The notes: generated from the letters alone by a model not told the origin. A stretch of 64,000 nt of DNA from an uncultured Candidatus Binatia bacterium (GCA_965215605.1 OZ244070.1:3168001-3232000); one strand, 5' to 3'; counted from the first letter of the stretch, positions 1-10,345 are shown. Made by a program: numbers and translations.

Positions 1-2
1 CC

Positions 3-158
3 ATCACCTACCCCGGCGGATTCGCCCGTTTCTCGGAGTTCCCTTGCCGGATTCGACGCCGGGCGCCGCTCATCGGCGAGCACAATCGGGAGGTTTACGG
101 GGAACTGGGCCTGGACGCCGCCGAGCTGGCGCGGCTGGCGGACCAGGGCGTGATCTGA
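3..158 (+). CDS. CoA-transferase family III (CaiB/BaiF), C-terminal fragment (partial, 5' end outside window)
   Basis: Manual translation ITYPGGFARFSEFPCRIRRRAPLIGEHNREVYGELGLDAAELARLADQGVI* contains the typical APxLGEHNxE C-terminal motif. Confidence 0.85.
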   Translation: MTYPGGFARFSEFPCRIRRRAPLIGEHNREVYGELGLDAAELARLADQGVI

Positions 159-198
159 CGGCGGGCGCGGTGAGCGGTTTCAAGGGAATGGAAGTGTC

Positions 199-1413
199 AT
201 GAAAGCACTGGAAGGTCTCAAGGTCGTGGAGGCCGCCGCGTACGCGGCCGGACCGGTGGTGGGAAAGCATCTGGTGGACCAGGGGGCCACGGTGGTGCAC
301 GTGGAGTCGCGGACACGTCCCGACGGTTTCCGCACCCACTATCCGCCCTACAAGGACAACATCCACGGACTCAACCGGTCGGGGCTGTTCGCTCTCTGCA
401 ACAGCGAGAAGCTGGGCATCACCCTGAACCTCAAGAAGGGTCCGGAGGCCCTCGCCCTGGCCAAGCGCGTCGTGAGCTGGGCGGACGTTCTGGTGGAGAA
501 CTTCAGCCCCGGCACCATCGGCCGGTTGGGGCTGGGATACGAGACCCTGAGCGAGATCAACCCGCGGCTCATCATGTTGAGCAGCTCCAACCTCGGCCAG
601 ACCGGGCCCCACGCCCACCATCCCGGCTTCGGCTCCCAGCTTTCCTCGCTGGCGGGCTTCACCAATCTCACCGGGTACCGGGACGGCTCGCCCCAGATCC
701 TCTACGGCCCGTACATCGACTACATTGCCGTGGGCTACGGCGTGGTGGCGGTGCTGGCGGCGCTGGAGTACCGGGAGGCCACCGGCCGAGGACAGCATAT
801 CGACCTGGCGCAGTACGAAACCGGGCTCCAGTACCTCGCGCCGCTGCTGCTGGACTACAGCCTGAACGGGCACATCGCGGAGCGCGACGGCAATCGCCAT
901 CCGGAGGCGTCGCCCCACGGAGCGTTCCCTTGCGCCGGCGACGACAACTGGTGCGTCCTCAGCGTGGCTACGGACGATCAGTGGCGGGCGCTGTGCCAGG
1001 CCATGGACCGCCCGGACTGGGGCGGCCGGGACGAGTACGCCACCGCCGGGCGGCGGCGATCACGGGCGGACGAGCTGGAAGCCCGCATCGGCGAGTGGAC
1101 CCGCCAGTTCGAGGCCCGGGAACTGGTGGAGAAGCTCCAGGCCGCCGGCGTTCCGTCCGGCGTGGTCAACGGCATGGAGCATGTCTACGACGACCCGCAA
1201 CTCGTGCACCGGGGCCAATGGAACCGCATGGACCACCCCGAGATCGGCGCCATGTCGTACCAGCGCGCACCCTACACCCTGTCCGAAAGCGACGGCGGCC
1301 CCGATCGCCGGGACCCCCTGCTGGGCGAACACAACGAATACTTCTACCGGGAACTGCTGGGGCTCTCGGAGGAAGAGTTCGAGACCTTCAGACAAGCGGA
1401 AATCATTGACTAG
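199..1413 (+). CDS. CoA-transferase family III (CaiB/BaiF), probably second subunit of a heterodimeric pair
   Basis: ALEGLKVVE...AGP N-terminus, ADVLVENFSPG, NPRLIMLSSS, catalytic Asp region GPYIDY, GRGQHIDLAQ, PLLGEHN. Confidence 0.95.
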   Translation: MKALEGLKVVEAAAYAAGPVVGKHLVDQGATVVHVESRTRPDGFRTHYPPYKDNIHGLNRSGLFALCNSEKLGITLNLKKGPEALALAKRVVSWADVLVENFSPGTIGRLGLGYETLSEINPRLIMLSSSNLGQTGPHAHHPGFGSQLSSLAGFTNLTGYRDGSPQILYGPYIDYIAVGYGVVAVLAALEYREATGRGQHIDLAQYETGLQYLAPLLLDYSLNGHIAERDGNRHPEASPHGAFPCAGDDNWCVLSVATDDQWRALCQAMDRPDWGGRDEYATAGRRRSRADELEARIGEWTRQFEARELVEKLQAAGVPSGVVNGMEHVYDDPQLVHRGQWNRMDHPEIGAMSYQRAPYTLSESDGGPDRRDPLLGEHNEYFYRELLGLSEEEFETFRQAEIID

Positions 1414-1873
1414 TCTGTTCGAGTTGAGCGAAGCGGCCTTTGCCGCCGTCACCGCGCACGCCCTGGAGACGTATCCCGAAGAGTGTTGTGGAGTCATCCT
1501 CGGCGGCGACGAGGTCCACCGGCTCGACAACATCCAGAACCGGCTGCACGCCGCCGATCCCGAGACCTTTCCCAGGGACGCCAGCATTGCCTACACTATG
1601 GACCCGAAGGAGCTGGAGGCTGTTCTGGAGCAGGCCGAGAGCAGGGGTCGAGCCTTCAAGGCCCTCTACCACTCCCACCCGGACCACGACGCCTACTTCT
1701 CCGCCGAGGACAAGGCCTTCGCCACGCCATTCGGCGAGCCCACCTACCCCGACACGGCCCAGATCGTCATTTCGGTCATGAACGGCGACGTCGGCCGGGT
1801 GGCGGTCTACGCGTGGAGTGCCGACGTCGAAGACTACGCCGAAGTCGCTCTCAAGAGGGTGCCGGGCCGTTGA
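1406..1873 (+). CDS. JAB/MPN (Mov34, M67 family) metallopeptidase
   Basis: YPEECCG and YHSHPDHDAYFSAED (E...HxH...S..D JAMM motif); TTG start overlaps upstream gene end. Confidence 0.9.
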   Translation: MTSLFELSEAAFAAVTAHALETYPEECCGVILGGDEVHRLDNIQNRLHAADPETFPRDASIAYTMDPKELEAVLEQAESRGRAFKALYHSHPDHDAYFSAEDKAFATPFGEPTYPDTAQIVISVMNGDVGRVAVYAWSADVEDYAEVALKRVPGR

Positions 1874-2727
1874 CGCCGGAGCATCACAGCGTCGACGTCC
1901 GCGGTCTTCCGATCCACTGGGTGGAGTGGGGCGAGCCGGGTGCCCAACCCGTCATTCTCGTCCACGGGTTCCGTGACCATTGCCGGACCTGGGACTTCGT
2001 CGTCGCCGAGTTGCTGGCGAGTCGCCCGGAGCTGTGGATCGTGGCGCCGGACTGCCGGGGCCACGGCGACAGCGGCTGGGTCGGCGCCGGCGGCTACTAC
2101 CACTTCTTCGACTATCTGCTCGACCTCGATTTCCTCGTCCGCCATCTGGACGCCCCCGTCGTGAGGCTGGTGGGTCACTCCATGGGCGGCACCATTGCCT
2201 GTTTGTACGCCGGCACGCGTCCCGAGCGCGTCTCCCGGCTCGCGCTGGTGGAAGGGCTGGGGCCGCCCGGGATGTCGTTCGCCGATGCGCCCCGGCGGGC
2301 CGAGCGGTGGCTGGAGGAGATACCGGCGGTGGGGGAGGGCGCGGGCTACCGCACCCTGGAGGAGGCCGCGGATCGTCTGCGGCGCGGCTATCCCGGATTG
2401 ACCGAGGAGCGGGCGCATCACCTGGCCTGCCACGGCATGCGCCGGATCGAGGCGGGCGGATGGCGATGGAAGTTCGATCCGCTCCACCGGACCACCTCGC
2501 CGCAACCGTTCTACCCGGCGCAGTTCCGCGAGTTCCTGCGCCGCATTATCTGTCCGACACTGGCGATTCAGGGCGCGGAGAGCGAGCACCGCGCGCGGGG
2601 CGATATACAGACGCGCCACGGCTGGCTGCCCGGCGCCGACCTTGTCACCTTGCCCGGCGCCGGGCACATGGTCCACCAGGACAACCCCGAGGCCCTGGCC
2701 CGGACCCTGGCGCCGTTTCTCGACTGA
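1870..2727 (+). CDS. Alpha/beta-fold hydrolase
   Basis: LVHGF, PDCRGHGDS, GHSMGG nucleophile elbow, GAGHMVH; TTGA overlap with upstream stop. Confidence 0.92.
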   Translation: MTPEHHSVDVRGLPIHWVEWGEPGAQPVILVHGFRDHCRTWDFVVAELLASRPELWIVAPDCRGHGDSGWVGAGGYYHFFDYLLDLDFLVRHLDAPVVRLVGHSMGGTIACLYAGTRPERVSRLALVEGLGPPGMSFADAPRRAERWLEEIPAVGEGAGYRTLEEAADRLRRGYPGLTEERAHHLACHGMRRIEAGGWRWKFDPLHRTTSPQPFYPAQFREFLRRIICPTLAIQGAESEHRARGDIQTRHGWLPGADLVTLPGAGHMVHQDNPEALARTLAPFLD

Positions 2728-2829
2728 ACGAGCGGGTATCCGGCACCCGGAATCCGCCGGACCCAGATTTGAATTGCCGACCCGATGCTGTTACCGTGCC
2801 AGCCAGGGAGAGCGTTTGTGCGGAACGAC

Positions 2830-3102
2830 GTGAGACTATTCCTGAGGGCGGGAGAGCAGGTCAAGCACAACCGCTACCTTCAGTGGGGTGTCGGGATTGT
2901 GGAGGAGATCATGACCTCCAACGTCCCCGGCGGCACCTGCCTCGCGCGGATTCGTTTCCAGGACGGCCGGCTCCGCGTCTTCCACAACGACCTCGACAAC
3001 CAGAGCTGCTGCTACTACTTCGGCATCCGCCACTACGATGACCCCGGCCACAAAAGCGTCCGCCGCCAGCTCCTGGCGTATCTCGATTCCGAGGACTGCT
3101 GA
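2830..3102 (+). CDS. Small hypothetical protein, DUF3553-like SH3-type beta barrel
   Basis: GEQVKHNRYLQWGVGIV...IRFQDG pattern; C-terminal CCYYFG; GTG start inferred. Confidence 0.6.
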   Translation: MRLFLRAGEQVKHNRYLQWGVGIVEEIMTSNVPGGTCLARIRFQDGRLRVFHNDLDNQSCCYYFGIRHYDDPGHKSVRRQLLAYLDSEDC

Positions 3103-3165
3103 TAGAAAGTCGGGAGTCATTGCTGTCCCGCAAACATCAGGACCGCGTTTCCCCTCAACTCTCGT

Positions 3166-4395
3166 TCATCGCTGCGGCGCGTACCAGCTTGCGAGCCCTT
3201 TCTGCAACCGGGCGCCGAGCTCTTCGGCGGTCGCCGCCCCGGTGATCGCTTCCACCGATGCATCCCAGGTCTCCTGTTCCAGATTCGGCGTACCCCGCGA
3301 CAGGAACCGGGACGTGGAACGGATGGTCGAACGGCAATCGCTACGCCAAGACAGAAACGTGCGGGCCAGCGGGTCCTCTATCTTCACGGGATGATCCGAC
3401 AGCGGGTAGAATCCAGGCAGCGCATTGGCGTAGAGCGAAGCGAACTCGGCCGAGCTGACCCAGTTCAGGAAGGCTCGCGCCGCATCCGCATTCGGGCTGG
3501 CAGCGTTCAGACCGATGGCGGTGTCGATGTGGTCGGAAATATGACAGTCGTCACCGGCCTCCCACACGGGCGGCCTGAAAGCGCCAATGCCGAACCCGGC
3601 GCGAGAGCGGAAGCCGGCGATCTCCCAACTCCCGGCGGGATAGACAACCGCGCGGCCTCGGGTGAAGAGGTCCTGGCTGTCCCGGTAGCTGCGCGTCTCA
3701 TACCCGTCTCCCAGGTAACGGCGCCACCGGGCCAGAGTCCGGTAGGGGGCAACCCAGGGCTCGTCGGTCAGCTTCTGCCGGCCGGCGACCAGGGCGCGAC
3801 GGCCTTCCTCGCCCTTCCAGTAGGTCGGTCCGATATTGTTGTAGCCCATGGTCGCGGCTTCCCATCGGTCGCGGACGCCCATGGCCATCGGGACCCAGGC
3901 GCCGTCTTCCCGGATTCTTTCAAGGACCGCGAAAAACACCGCTTCCGTTTCAGGTGGATCGAGACCGAGTTTACCGAACGCGTCCCGGTTGTAGAGAAAC
4001 CCGTGGATCACGGATGCCACCGGCACGCAGAAGGTCGCCGACCCGTCATCCGTCTGCCAGGCTGATTTTGCCGCACTCGAGAAACCGGCCAAACCAGGCA
4101 GATCGTCGAGGTCGGCGAGGCGTCCGGCTTCGTACAGGGCCAAGGACGCGTCGAACGGACGACACGTGATCAGGTCGCCCGCGGCGCCCGCCGCAAGCCG
4201 GGCGTTCAAGGCCGCATCATAGTCGGCGGGCGCCGTCGGCCTGAACCGCACCGCTATTTCCGGGTGAGATGCCTCGAAGGCCGGTATCAACTTCTCCTCC
4301 CAGATGGTGCGGTCGTCCTCTCTCCAGCTTTCGAGGACGAGGCTTGTCCGGGCGAATGCCCCGCCTTGCGCGAGCAGGACCAACAGGACGAACAA
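3166..4395 (-). CDS. ABC transporter substrate-binding protein (carbohydrate-type, SBP_bac_1)
   Basis: Hydrophobic signal-like N-terminus, ESWREDD..IWEEKLIPAFE, GDLITCRPFD, YPAGSWEI; start uncertain. Confidence 0.88.
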   Translation of the reverse strand: MFVLLVLLAQGGAFARTSLVLESWREDDRTIWEEKLIPAFEASHPEIAVRFRPTAPADYDAALNARLAAGAAGDLITCRPFDASLALYEAGRLADLDDLPGLAGFSSAAKSAWQTDDGSATFCVPVASVIHGFLYNRDAFGKLGLDPPETEAVFFAVLERIREDGAWVPMAMGVRDRWEAATMGYNNIGPTYWKGEEGRRALVAGRQKLTDEPWVAPYRTLARWRRYLGDGYETRSYRDSQDLFTRGRAVVYPAGSWEIAGFRSRAGFGIGAFRPPVWEAGDDCHISDHIDTAIGLNAASPNADAARAFLNWVSSAEFASLYANALPGFYPLSDHPVKIEDPLARTFLSWRSDCRSTIRSTSRFLSRGTPNLEQETWDASVEAITGAATAEELGARLQKGLASWYAPQR

Positions 4396-4543
4396 GAGAC
4401 CAGAAGACTTTATCCCGATTCCCCTGTTCCGCGCGGCACCCTGACGGGAGCCAGCCCCCGACGGCGGCCATCAGCCGCCTGGAGGAAGCGGACTTGGCAA
4501 TGGCACGCGGTGCCTGGCAAGTCCCGCCCGTTGAGTGGTACGG

Positions 4544-5272
4544 CTAGGCCGACAGCTTGGCCTTGTAGAAATCCACCGTGCGTTGCCAAGCGTCGGCGGC
4601 GGCTTCGGGGTGCCAGCGGTCGGCGTTGGTGTTGTTGTTGAAGGCGTGCCTGGCGCCGTCGCCGTAGATCTTGAGGTCGATGGTCTTGCCGGCCTTGGCC
4701 AGCGCCTCTTCAAGGGGCTCGATGCCGGGCATGATGTTGGGATCGTCCTCGGCATAGTTGCCCATGAGCGGGCAGGTGATGTTGGCCACCCGATCCAGCG
4801 GATCGGGGTTGCGGCCGTAGTACACCACCGCGGCGTCGATCTGGTTGCACTTGGTGGCGAAGTTCAGCGACTGGCCGCCGCCCCAGCAGTAGCCGACGAC
4901 GCCCACCTTGCCGTTGGCGAAGCCCTGGCTCTTGAGGTAGTCCACCGCGCGGGTCAGGTCTTCCACGCAACCGGCCGGGTCCAGGCTGCGGATGGCGGCG
5001 ATGGCGTCCTGCGGGGTCTGGTACTGCGCGGTGCCGCCGGTGCGCTGGAGCATGTCCGGAGCCAGTGCCGCAAAGCCTTCCTTGGCGAAGTGCCTGGCCA
5101 CGTCCTTGATGTGGTCCACCAGCCCGACGTTCTCGTGAATGACGACGACCGAGCCGAGGTCGGCGCCGTCCCTGGGCCGCGACAGATAGCCCGTGCAACT
5201 CCCGTATTCCACCATTCCCGATTCGAGCTCGGGATCGTTCTCGTCGACGAGACAGGGTATGGTATCCGCCAT
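4544..5272 (-). CDS. Dienelactone hydrolase family protein
   Basis: VIHENVGL, GYCWGG nucleophile motif, HAFNN. Confidence 0.93.
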   Translation of the reverse strand: MADTIPCLVDENDPELESGMVEYGSCTGYLSRPRDGADLGSVVVIHENVGLVDHIKDVARHFAKEGFAALAPDMLQRTGGTAQYQTPQDAIAAIRSLDPAGCVEDLTRAVDYLKSQGFANGKVGVVGYCWGGGQSLNFATKCNQIDAAVVYYGRNPDPLDRVANITCPLMGNYAEDDPNIMPGIEPLEEALAKAGKTIDLKIYGDGARHAFNNNTNADRWHPEAAADAWQRTVDFYKAKLSA

Positions 5273-5342
5273 ATTCGCAAACCTCCTCGTTGCCGGTTCC
5301 GGTTTCTCCAATCACCCGGATCGAACGCAGGCGCTCCACTCG

Positions 5343-7550
5343 CTACGCCGCAGCCAAACGCGACCCGCGCCTCCTCTTCTGGAACAGGTACAGCGCCGCA
5401 AACACGACCCACGCGCCGAACTGCACGGTCATGCGCAGGGAATCGGTGTCGCCCACCAGAAGGGCGGGGCGGAAGGCGGCGATGCAGATGGCTGCCAGCA
5501 GGACCCGTTCGGGCCAGCCGCACCGGTCGGCGAAGAATCCCTGCATGGCGGCGGCAAAGGCCATCATGGCCACCAGGCCGTTCAGTATCACCCAGACAAC
5601 CGAGAACATGTCGTCCAGCCAGATGATGGACTTGTCGGGCGCCACGCCGGCGATCAGCAGCAGCTCCAGGTTGAAGATGAAAACGAACGGCAGGATCGCG
5701 GTGCGCAGGTCGTAGGTAAACCCCTGGATGCCGGTCTTGATGGGGTCCGACCCGGCGATGGCTGCTGCCGCGAACGCTGCCAGGCCCACCGGCGGCGTGT
5801 CATCGGCCAGAATCCCGAAGTAGAAGACGAACAGATGGGCCGCCAGCACCGGGATCACGAGTCCCGCCTCCGCGCCCAGGGTGACGATCACCGGTGCGGT
5901 CAGGGTGGCCATGACGATGTAGTTGGCGGTTGTGGGGAGGCCCATGCCCAGGACCAGGCTGGTGAGAGCGGTCAGCAGCAGCATGAGCACGACGTTGCCC
6001 AGCGAGATGATCTCGATGGCCTCGATGAACCGGCTGCTGAGGCCGGTCAGGGTGACCGTGCCCACGATGATGCCGGCGGCCGCGGTGGCCACGGCGATGG
6101 GCGCCATGTTCCGGGCGCCGGACACGCAGCCTTGCAGGATCTCGCGGATGCTCAGGGCCAGACCCTGCATGACCGCCTGTCCGAGCGAGCCAGCCGCGGG
6201 GTTGTCCGGCGAGGGTCGAAGCACCGCCGCGCAGCTCTGCCCGACCCGCTGGATGACCATGATGGCCAGGGTCAGCAGAATGGCGTTGAAAGCCGCGGAG
6301 ATCGCGGAGAAACGCAGAATGACCAGCGTGTAGAGCAGCGCCAGAATCGGGATCAGGAAGTGAACGCCCTTGAGGAACGTGGGCCAGAATCGCGGCAACT
6401 CTTCATCCGGGATCGCGATCAGATCCAGTTTGAGCGCTTCCAGGTGCACGACGTAGAGCAGGGCGATATAGGAAAGCACCGCTGGAATGGCCGCCGCGGT
6501 GACGACGTCGATGTACGGAAGCCCGAGAAACTCGGCCATGATGAAGGCGGCCGCGCCCATGACGGGCGGCAGGAGTTGCCCGTTGGTGCTGGCGCCCACC
6601 TCCACCGCCCCGGCCTTGTAGGCCGGGAGCCCCACCCGCTTCATGAGCGGGATGGTGAAGGTCCCGGTGGTGGCGACGTTGGCGATGGACGAGCCGGACA
6701 CCATGCCGGTCAGTCCGGACGCCAGCACCGCGGCCTTGGCGGGGCCGCCGCGGAAACGGCCAAGCATCGCGTAGGCCACCTGGACGAAGTACTCCGCCGC
6801 CCCGGCCCGGTCCAGCAACGCGCCGAACAGGACGAAGAGAAAGACGAAGTCCGTCGACACCCCCAGCGGCACGCCCCAGATGCCGCTGTCGGACAGGTAC
6901 ATGTGGTCCACGATGAAATCGAGGGGGATGCCGGGGTGTGCCAGGAACCTCGGCAAGTACGGGCCAACGAAGCAGTACAGCAGAAAGACCGTGGCCAGCG
7001 CCGGAAGCGCCAGTCCCAGGGAGCGGCGAGCCGACTCCAGCAGCAGAAGGATGAACGCCGCGCCGATGTATACGTCCCGGGCCAGGGGGAGGCCGGAACG
7101 CTGTATGATCCCCACGTAGTCCCAAGCCAGGTAGCCCGTGCCGCAGGCGGCCAGGGCGGCAATGACGAAGTCGTACCAGGGTATCTTGACCGGATCCCGC
7201 TTGCGCCGTCCCGGGAACAACTGCTGCATCAGCGCGTGGAAGCGCTCCAGCGTCGCGACCCGCCGTATGGCCGGGAAAGAGAGATAGACCAGCAATACGG
7301 CGAAGGTCAGATGGATGCTGCGGGCGATGATGGAGTTGATGGGATGGTAGGCGATGTTGAGTTGGAAGAGGGACCAGCAAAGCGCCAGGAGCCAGAGGAA
7401 ACCACCGATCGGGCCGCCGGGGGACCGGGTCTTGCCCTCGCCCTCGCCGAGTTCGGCCAACGCTTCGAGGTCAACGGATTCGCCGGCCGGCCCGTTGCTG
7501 TCGGAGGATGAATTCACGGGCGCGTCTGCCTGATGGGCTGTGCCATGCAA
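5343..7550 (-). CDS. TRAP transporter fused 4TM/12TM permease (TAXI type)
   Basis: GGPAKAAVLAS, SGSSIANV, GQLLPPVMGAAAF, GMGLPTTANY, DTPPVGLAA motifs; polytopic. Confidence 0.95.
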   Translation of the reverse strand: MHGTAHQADAPVNSSSDSNGPAGESVDLEALAELGEGEGKTRSPGGPIGGFLWLLALCWSLFQLNIAYHPINSIIARSIHLTFAVLLVYLSFPAIRRVATLERFHALMQQLFPGRRKRDPVKIPWYDFVIAALAACGTGYLAWDYVGIIQRSGLPLARDVYIGAAFILLLLESARRSLGLALPALATVFLLYCFVGPYLPRFLAHPGIPLDFIVDHMYLSDSGIWGVPLGVSTDFVFLFVLFGALLDRAGAAEYFVQVAYAMLGRFRGGPAKAAVLASGLTGMVSGSSIANVATTGTFTIPLMKRVGLPAYKAGAVEVGASTNGQLLPPVMGAAAFIMAEFLGLPYIDVVTAAAIPAVLSYIALLYVVHLEALKLDLIAIPDEELPRFWPTFLKGVHFLIPILALLYTLVILRFSAISAAFNAILLTLAIMVIQRVGQSCAAVLRPSPDNPAAGSLGQAVMQGLALSIREILQGCVSGARNMAPIAVATAAAGIIVGTVTLTGLSSRFIEAIEIISLGNVVLMLLLTALTSLVLGMGLPTTANYIVMATLTAPVIVTLGAEAGLVIPVLAAHLFVFYFGILADDTPPVGLAAFAAAAIAGSDPIKTGIQGFTYDLRTAILPFVFIFNLELLLIAGVAPDKSIIWLDDMFSVVWVILNGLVAMMAFAAAMQGFFADRCGWPERVLLAAICIAAFRPALLVGDTDSLRMTVQFGAWVVFAALYLFQKRRRGSRLAAA

Positions 7551-7635
7551 ATCTCCATCGGATGAATCGGCTCGGGACAGGACTTCGTTCCGCCGGCCCC
7601 GAGCCGGTTCTCATGTCGACAAAGGGTATGACGGG

Positions 7636-8601
7636 TTACATCAAGCCCTTTTCCTTGTAGTACTTCGTAGCCCCCGGATGCATCGGCGCCGCGAGGCCGT
7701 CCAGCATTCCCTTCGGGGTCAGAATCTTGAACGCGGGGTGCAGGTTGCGGAGCGCGTCGAGGTTCTCGAACACGGTCTTCACCACCGTATAGACCTGGTC
7801 CGCGGGCTCTTTCTCGCCGGTCACGAAGGTCGCCTTCACGGCGTAGGTCGGAACGGCCTTGTCCACACCCTTGTAGATTCCGCCGGGAATCGCCGTCATG
7901 GCGTAGTAGGGCTTGTCCGTTGCCAGCTTCTGGATTCCCTTCGAGTTCAAGGGGATCATGGTGATGGCGGTGCTGTTGGCTATTTCCAGGCCGCCGCCCC
8001 AGGGGTTGCCCACGGTGTAGAAGAACGCATCGATCTTCTTGTCGACCAGCGCGCGGTTGGCTTCGTTCTGCTGCAGACCTTCGGCCTTGATGTCCTTGTC
8101 CTTGTCGATGCCGGCGAGGCGCAGCACCTCCTCCGCGTTACCCCGTTGTCCGGACCCGGGGTTGCCGATGTTGACGCGCTTGCCCTTGAGGCCGGCCACG
8201 GAGGTGATCCCCGTGTCCTTGCGCGTGACCAGCATCACGGTCTCGGGATGGGCGCTGAAGACCGTACGCAGTCCTTTCTGGGGCTTGCCGTCCCAGTCCC
8301 TCTTGCCGTTGGCGGCCTGCCAGACACGGTCGGACTGGGCCACGCCGTAGTTCAAGAGGCCTCTCTTGATGGCGTTGATGTTGAAGACCGATCCGAGGGC
8401 CGGCCGGCCGATGCAGTTGTAGCCCTTGCTGCCCAGCTTGTCGTTGATAATCTTGCAGACGTTGAGAGCCACCTGATAGTAGACGCCGGTGGTGGAGCCC
8501 CCGCCCACCACGAGGAAATTCTGTGCAGCCGCATCCTTGGCCGCCATGGTCATGGTGCCGCACAGCGCGAGACCAATCATAAACGTGAGTAAGCGTTTCA
8601 T
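7636..8601 (-). CDS. TAXI family TRAP transporter solute-binding subunit
   Basis: Signal peptide MKRLLTF..., GGGSTTGVYY, GSVFNIN, QSD, GNPGSGQR, PMHPGATKYYKE. Confidence 0.95.
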   Translation of the reverse strand: MKRLLTFMIGLALCGTMTMAAKDAAAQNFLVVGGGSTTGVYYQVALNVCKIINDKLGSKGYNCIGRPALGSVFNINAIKRGLLNYGVAQSDRVWQAANGKRDWDGKPQKGLRTVFSAHPETVMLVTRKDTGITSVAGLKGKRVNIGNPGSGQRGNAEEVLRLAGIDKDKDIKAEGLQQNEANRALVDKKIDAFFYTVGNPWGGGLEIANSTAITMIPLNSKGIQKLATDKPYYAMTAIPGGIYKGVDKAVPTYAVKATFVTGEKEPADQVYTVVKTVFENLDALRNLHPAFKILTPKGMLDGLAAPMHPGATKYYKEKGLM

Positions 8602-8929
8602 AGGGTCCTCCTTCAGGTTACGTTTCCGGTCGTGAGACCATTCTTGAGCCAACAGCCGTTGTCTATCCCACAAGGGGTCCGGCAATGCAACAGGACCTTT
8701 CGGAACGGGCGTCTCGCGAATCGCCGGCGCTTCGGGACCGACCACGCGGATGGCCGGCAACCAGGGGTCATGCAAAGGAAACGGACGGCGCGGCGCGCGG
8801 CCGTCGTGCCCGTGCGTGGATGCGCTGGTGGATATTTCGCAAATCCTGGGATACGTTTTTGCGGAAGCCCCAGGGACCCGGGCACCCGGCCCGGAGCTGT
8901 TTCACCGTACCGACGTCCAGGAAATTCAG

Positions 8930-10321
8930 ATGAAGGAAGACGGAGTGGCTGAAGTCGCCGGCATGCTCGACATCGCCCGACTGGAAGAAGACGTGGCCGC
9001 GGGGCGGGTGGATACCGTGCTGGTGGCGTTCACCGACCTCTACGGCCGGTTCATGGGCAAACGGCTGGACGCCGGTTATTTCCTGGACACGGCGGCCTCC
9101 GAGGGCACCCACGCCTGCGATTACCTGCTGACCGCGGACATGGAGATGGAGCCGGTGCAGGGATACCGGCTGGCCAACTGGAAGCGGGGCTATGGCGACG
9201 TCCATCTGGCGCCGGACCTGAGCACTCTGCGGCGCCTCAGCTGGCAGGACAGGACCGCGCTGGTGCTGTGCGACGTCAAGGAGAACGTCTCCCACGAACT
9301 GGTCGCGGAAGCGCCCCGCTCGGTGCTGCGGGGGCAACTGCAACGGGCTCGTTCCCTGGGGTTCGAGGTCATGGCGGCATCGGAGCTGGAGTACTACCTG
9401 TTCGAGGACTCGTACCGGCAGGCGGCGGAGAAGCACTACCAGGACCTGGCGCCCGCGGGCGGCTACATCGAGGACTATCACGTGCTCCAGGGGTTCCGGG
9501 AGGAAGGTTTCCACGGCGCGGTGCGACGCCACCTGCGGGACTCCGGAGTGCCGGTGGAGAGTTCCAAGGGCGAGTGGGGACCGGGCCAGCACGAGCTCAA
9601 CGTACGCTACAGCGAAATCCTGACCATGGCCGACCGTCACTGCGTGTACAAGGAGTGCCTCAAGGAGGTGGCGGAGCAGATGGGCCTGAGCGTCACCTTC
9701 ATGGCCAAGTACGCGTCGGAGCTGGCGGGGTCGAGCTGCCACATGCACCTGAGCCTGTGGCGCGACGGCGGCGGCAATGCCTTCGCCGGAAACGGCGGCC
9801 AGGACGGGTTCTCCGACGTGTTCCGTTGGTTCCTCGGGGGCTGGCTGACCCACATGGCGGAGACCATGGTGTTCTACGCGCCCACCGTCAATGCCTACAA
9901 GCGTTACCGGGCGGAGTCCTGGGCGCCCACCGGCATCGCCTGGGGCCACGACAACCGCACCGCCGGGTTCCGGGTGGTGGGGCGGGGCCATGGCTGCCGC
10001 ATCGAATGCCGCGTGCCGGGCGCGGACTGCAACCCCTACCTTGCCTATGCCGCGGCCCTGGCCGCGGGCATGGACGGCATCCGGCGCCGGATCGAGCCGC
10101 CCCCCGCGTTCGATGGCAACCTGTACGCCGCCGCCGACCTGTTGCAGGTGCCGGGGGCGCTGGCGGACGCGGTCGACCTGTTCGAGGCCAGCGAGTTCTG
10201 CCGCGAGAGTTTCGGCGCCGACGTGGTGGAGCACTACGCCCATTTCTTTCGCACCGAAGTGCGAAAGTACCGCGAGGCGGTGACCGACTGGGAAAGGAAA
10301 CGCTATTTCGAGAGGATCTGA
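8930..10321 (+). CDS. Glutamine synthetase-like gamma-glutamyl-amine ligase (PuuA/GlnA3/GlnA4-like)
   Basis: DLYGRFMGKR, ASELEYY, KGEWGPGQHE, GSSCHMHLSL, SWAPT, DNRT, IECRVPGAD, VTDWERKRYFERI. Confidence 0.93.
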   Translation: MKEDGVAEVAGMLDIARLEEDVAAGRVDTVLVAFTDLYGRFMGKRLDAGYFLDTAASEGTHACDYLLTADMEMEPVQGYRLANWKRGYGDVHLAPDLSTLRRLSWQDRTALVLCDVKENVSHELVAEAPRSVLRGQLQRARSLGFEVMAASELEYYLFEDSYRQAAEKHYQDLAPAGGYIEDYHVLQGFREEGFHGAVRRHLRDSGVPVESSKGEWGPGQHELNVRYSEILTMADRHCVYKECLKEVAEQMGLSVTFMAKYASELAGSSCHMHLSLWRDGGGNAFAGNGGQDGFSDVFRWFLGGWLTHMAETMVFYAPTVNAYKRYRAESWAPTGIAWGHDNRTAGFRVVGRGHGCRIECRVPGADCNPYLAYAAALAAGMDGIRRRIEPPPAFDGNLYAAADLLQVPGALADAVDLFEASEFCRESFGADVVEHYAHFFRTEVRKYREAVTDWERKRYFERI

Positions 10322-10345
10322 AAGACCCGGCCGCCGGGCGGGAGT

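Noticed and set aside
4489-4526. TGGCAC motif as a sigma54 promoter
   Set aside because: No GC at the required GG-N10-GC spacing; it is better explained as an intergenic hairpin.
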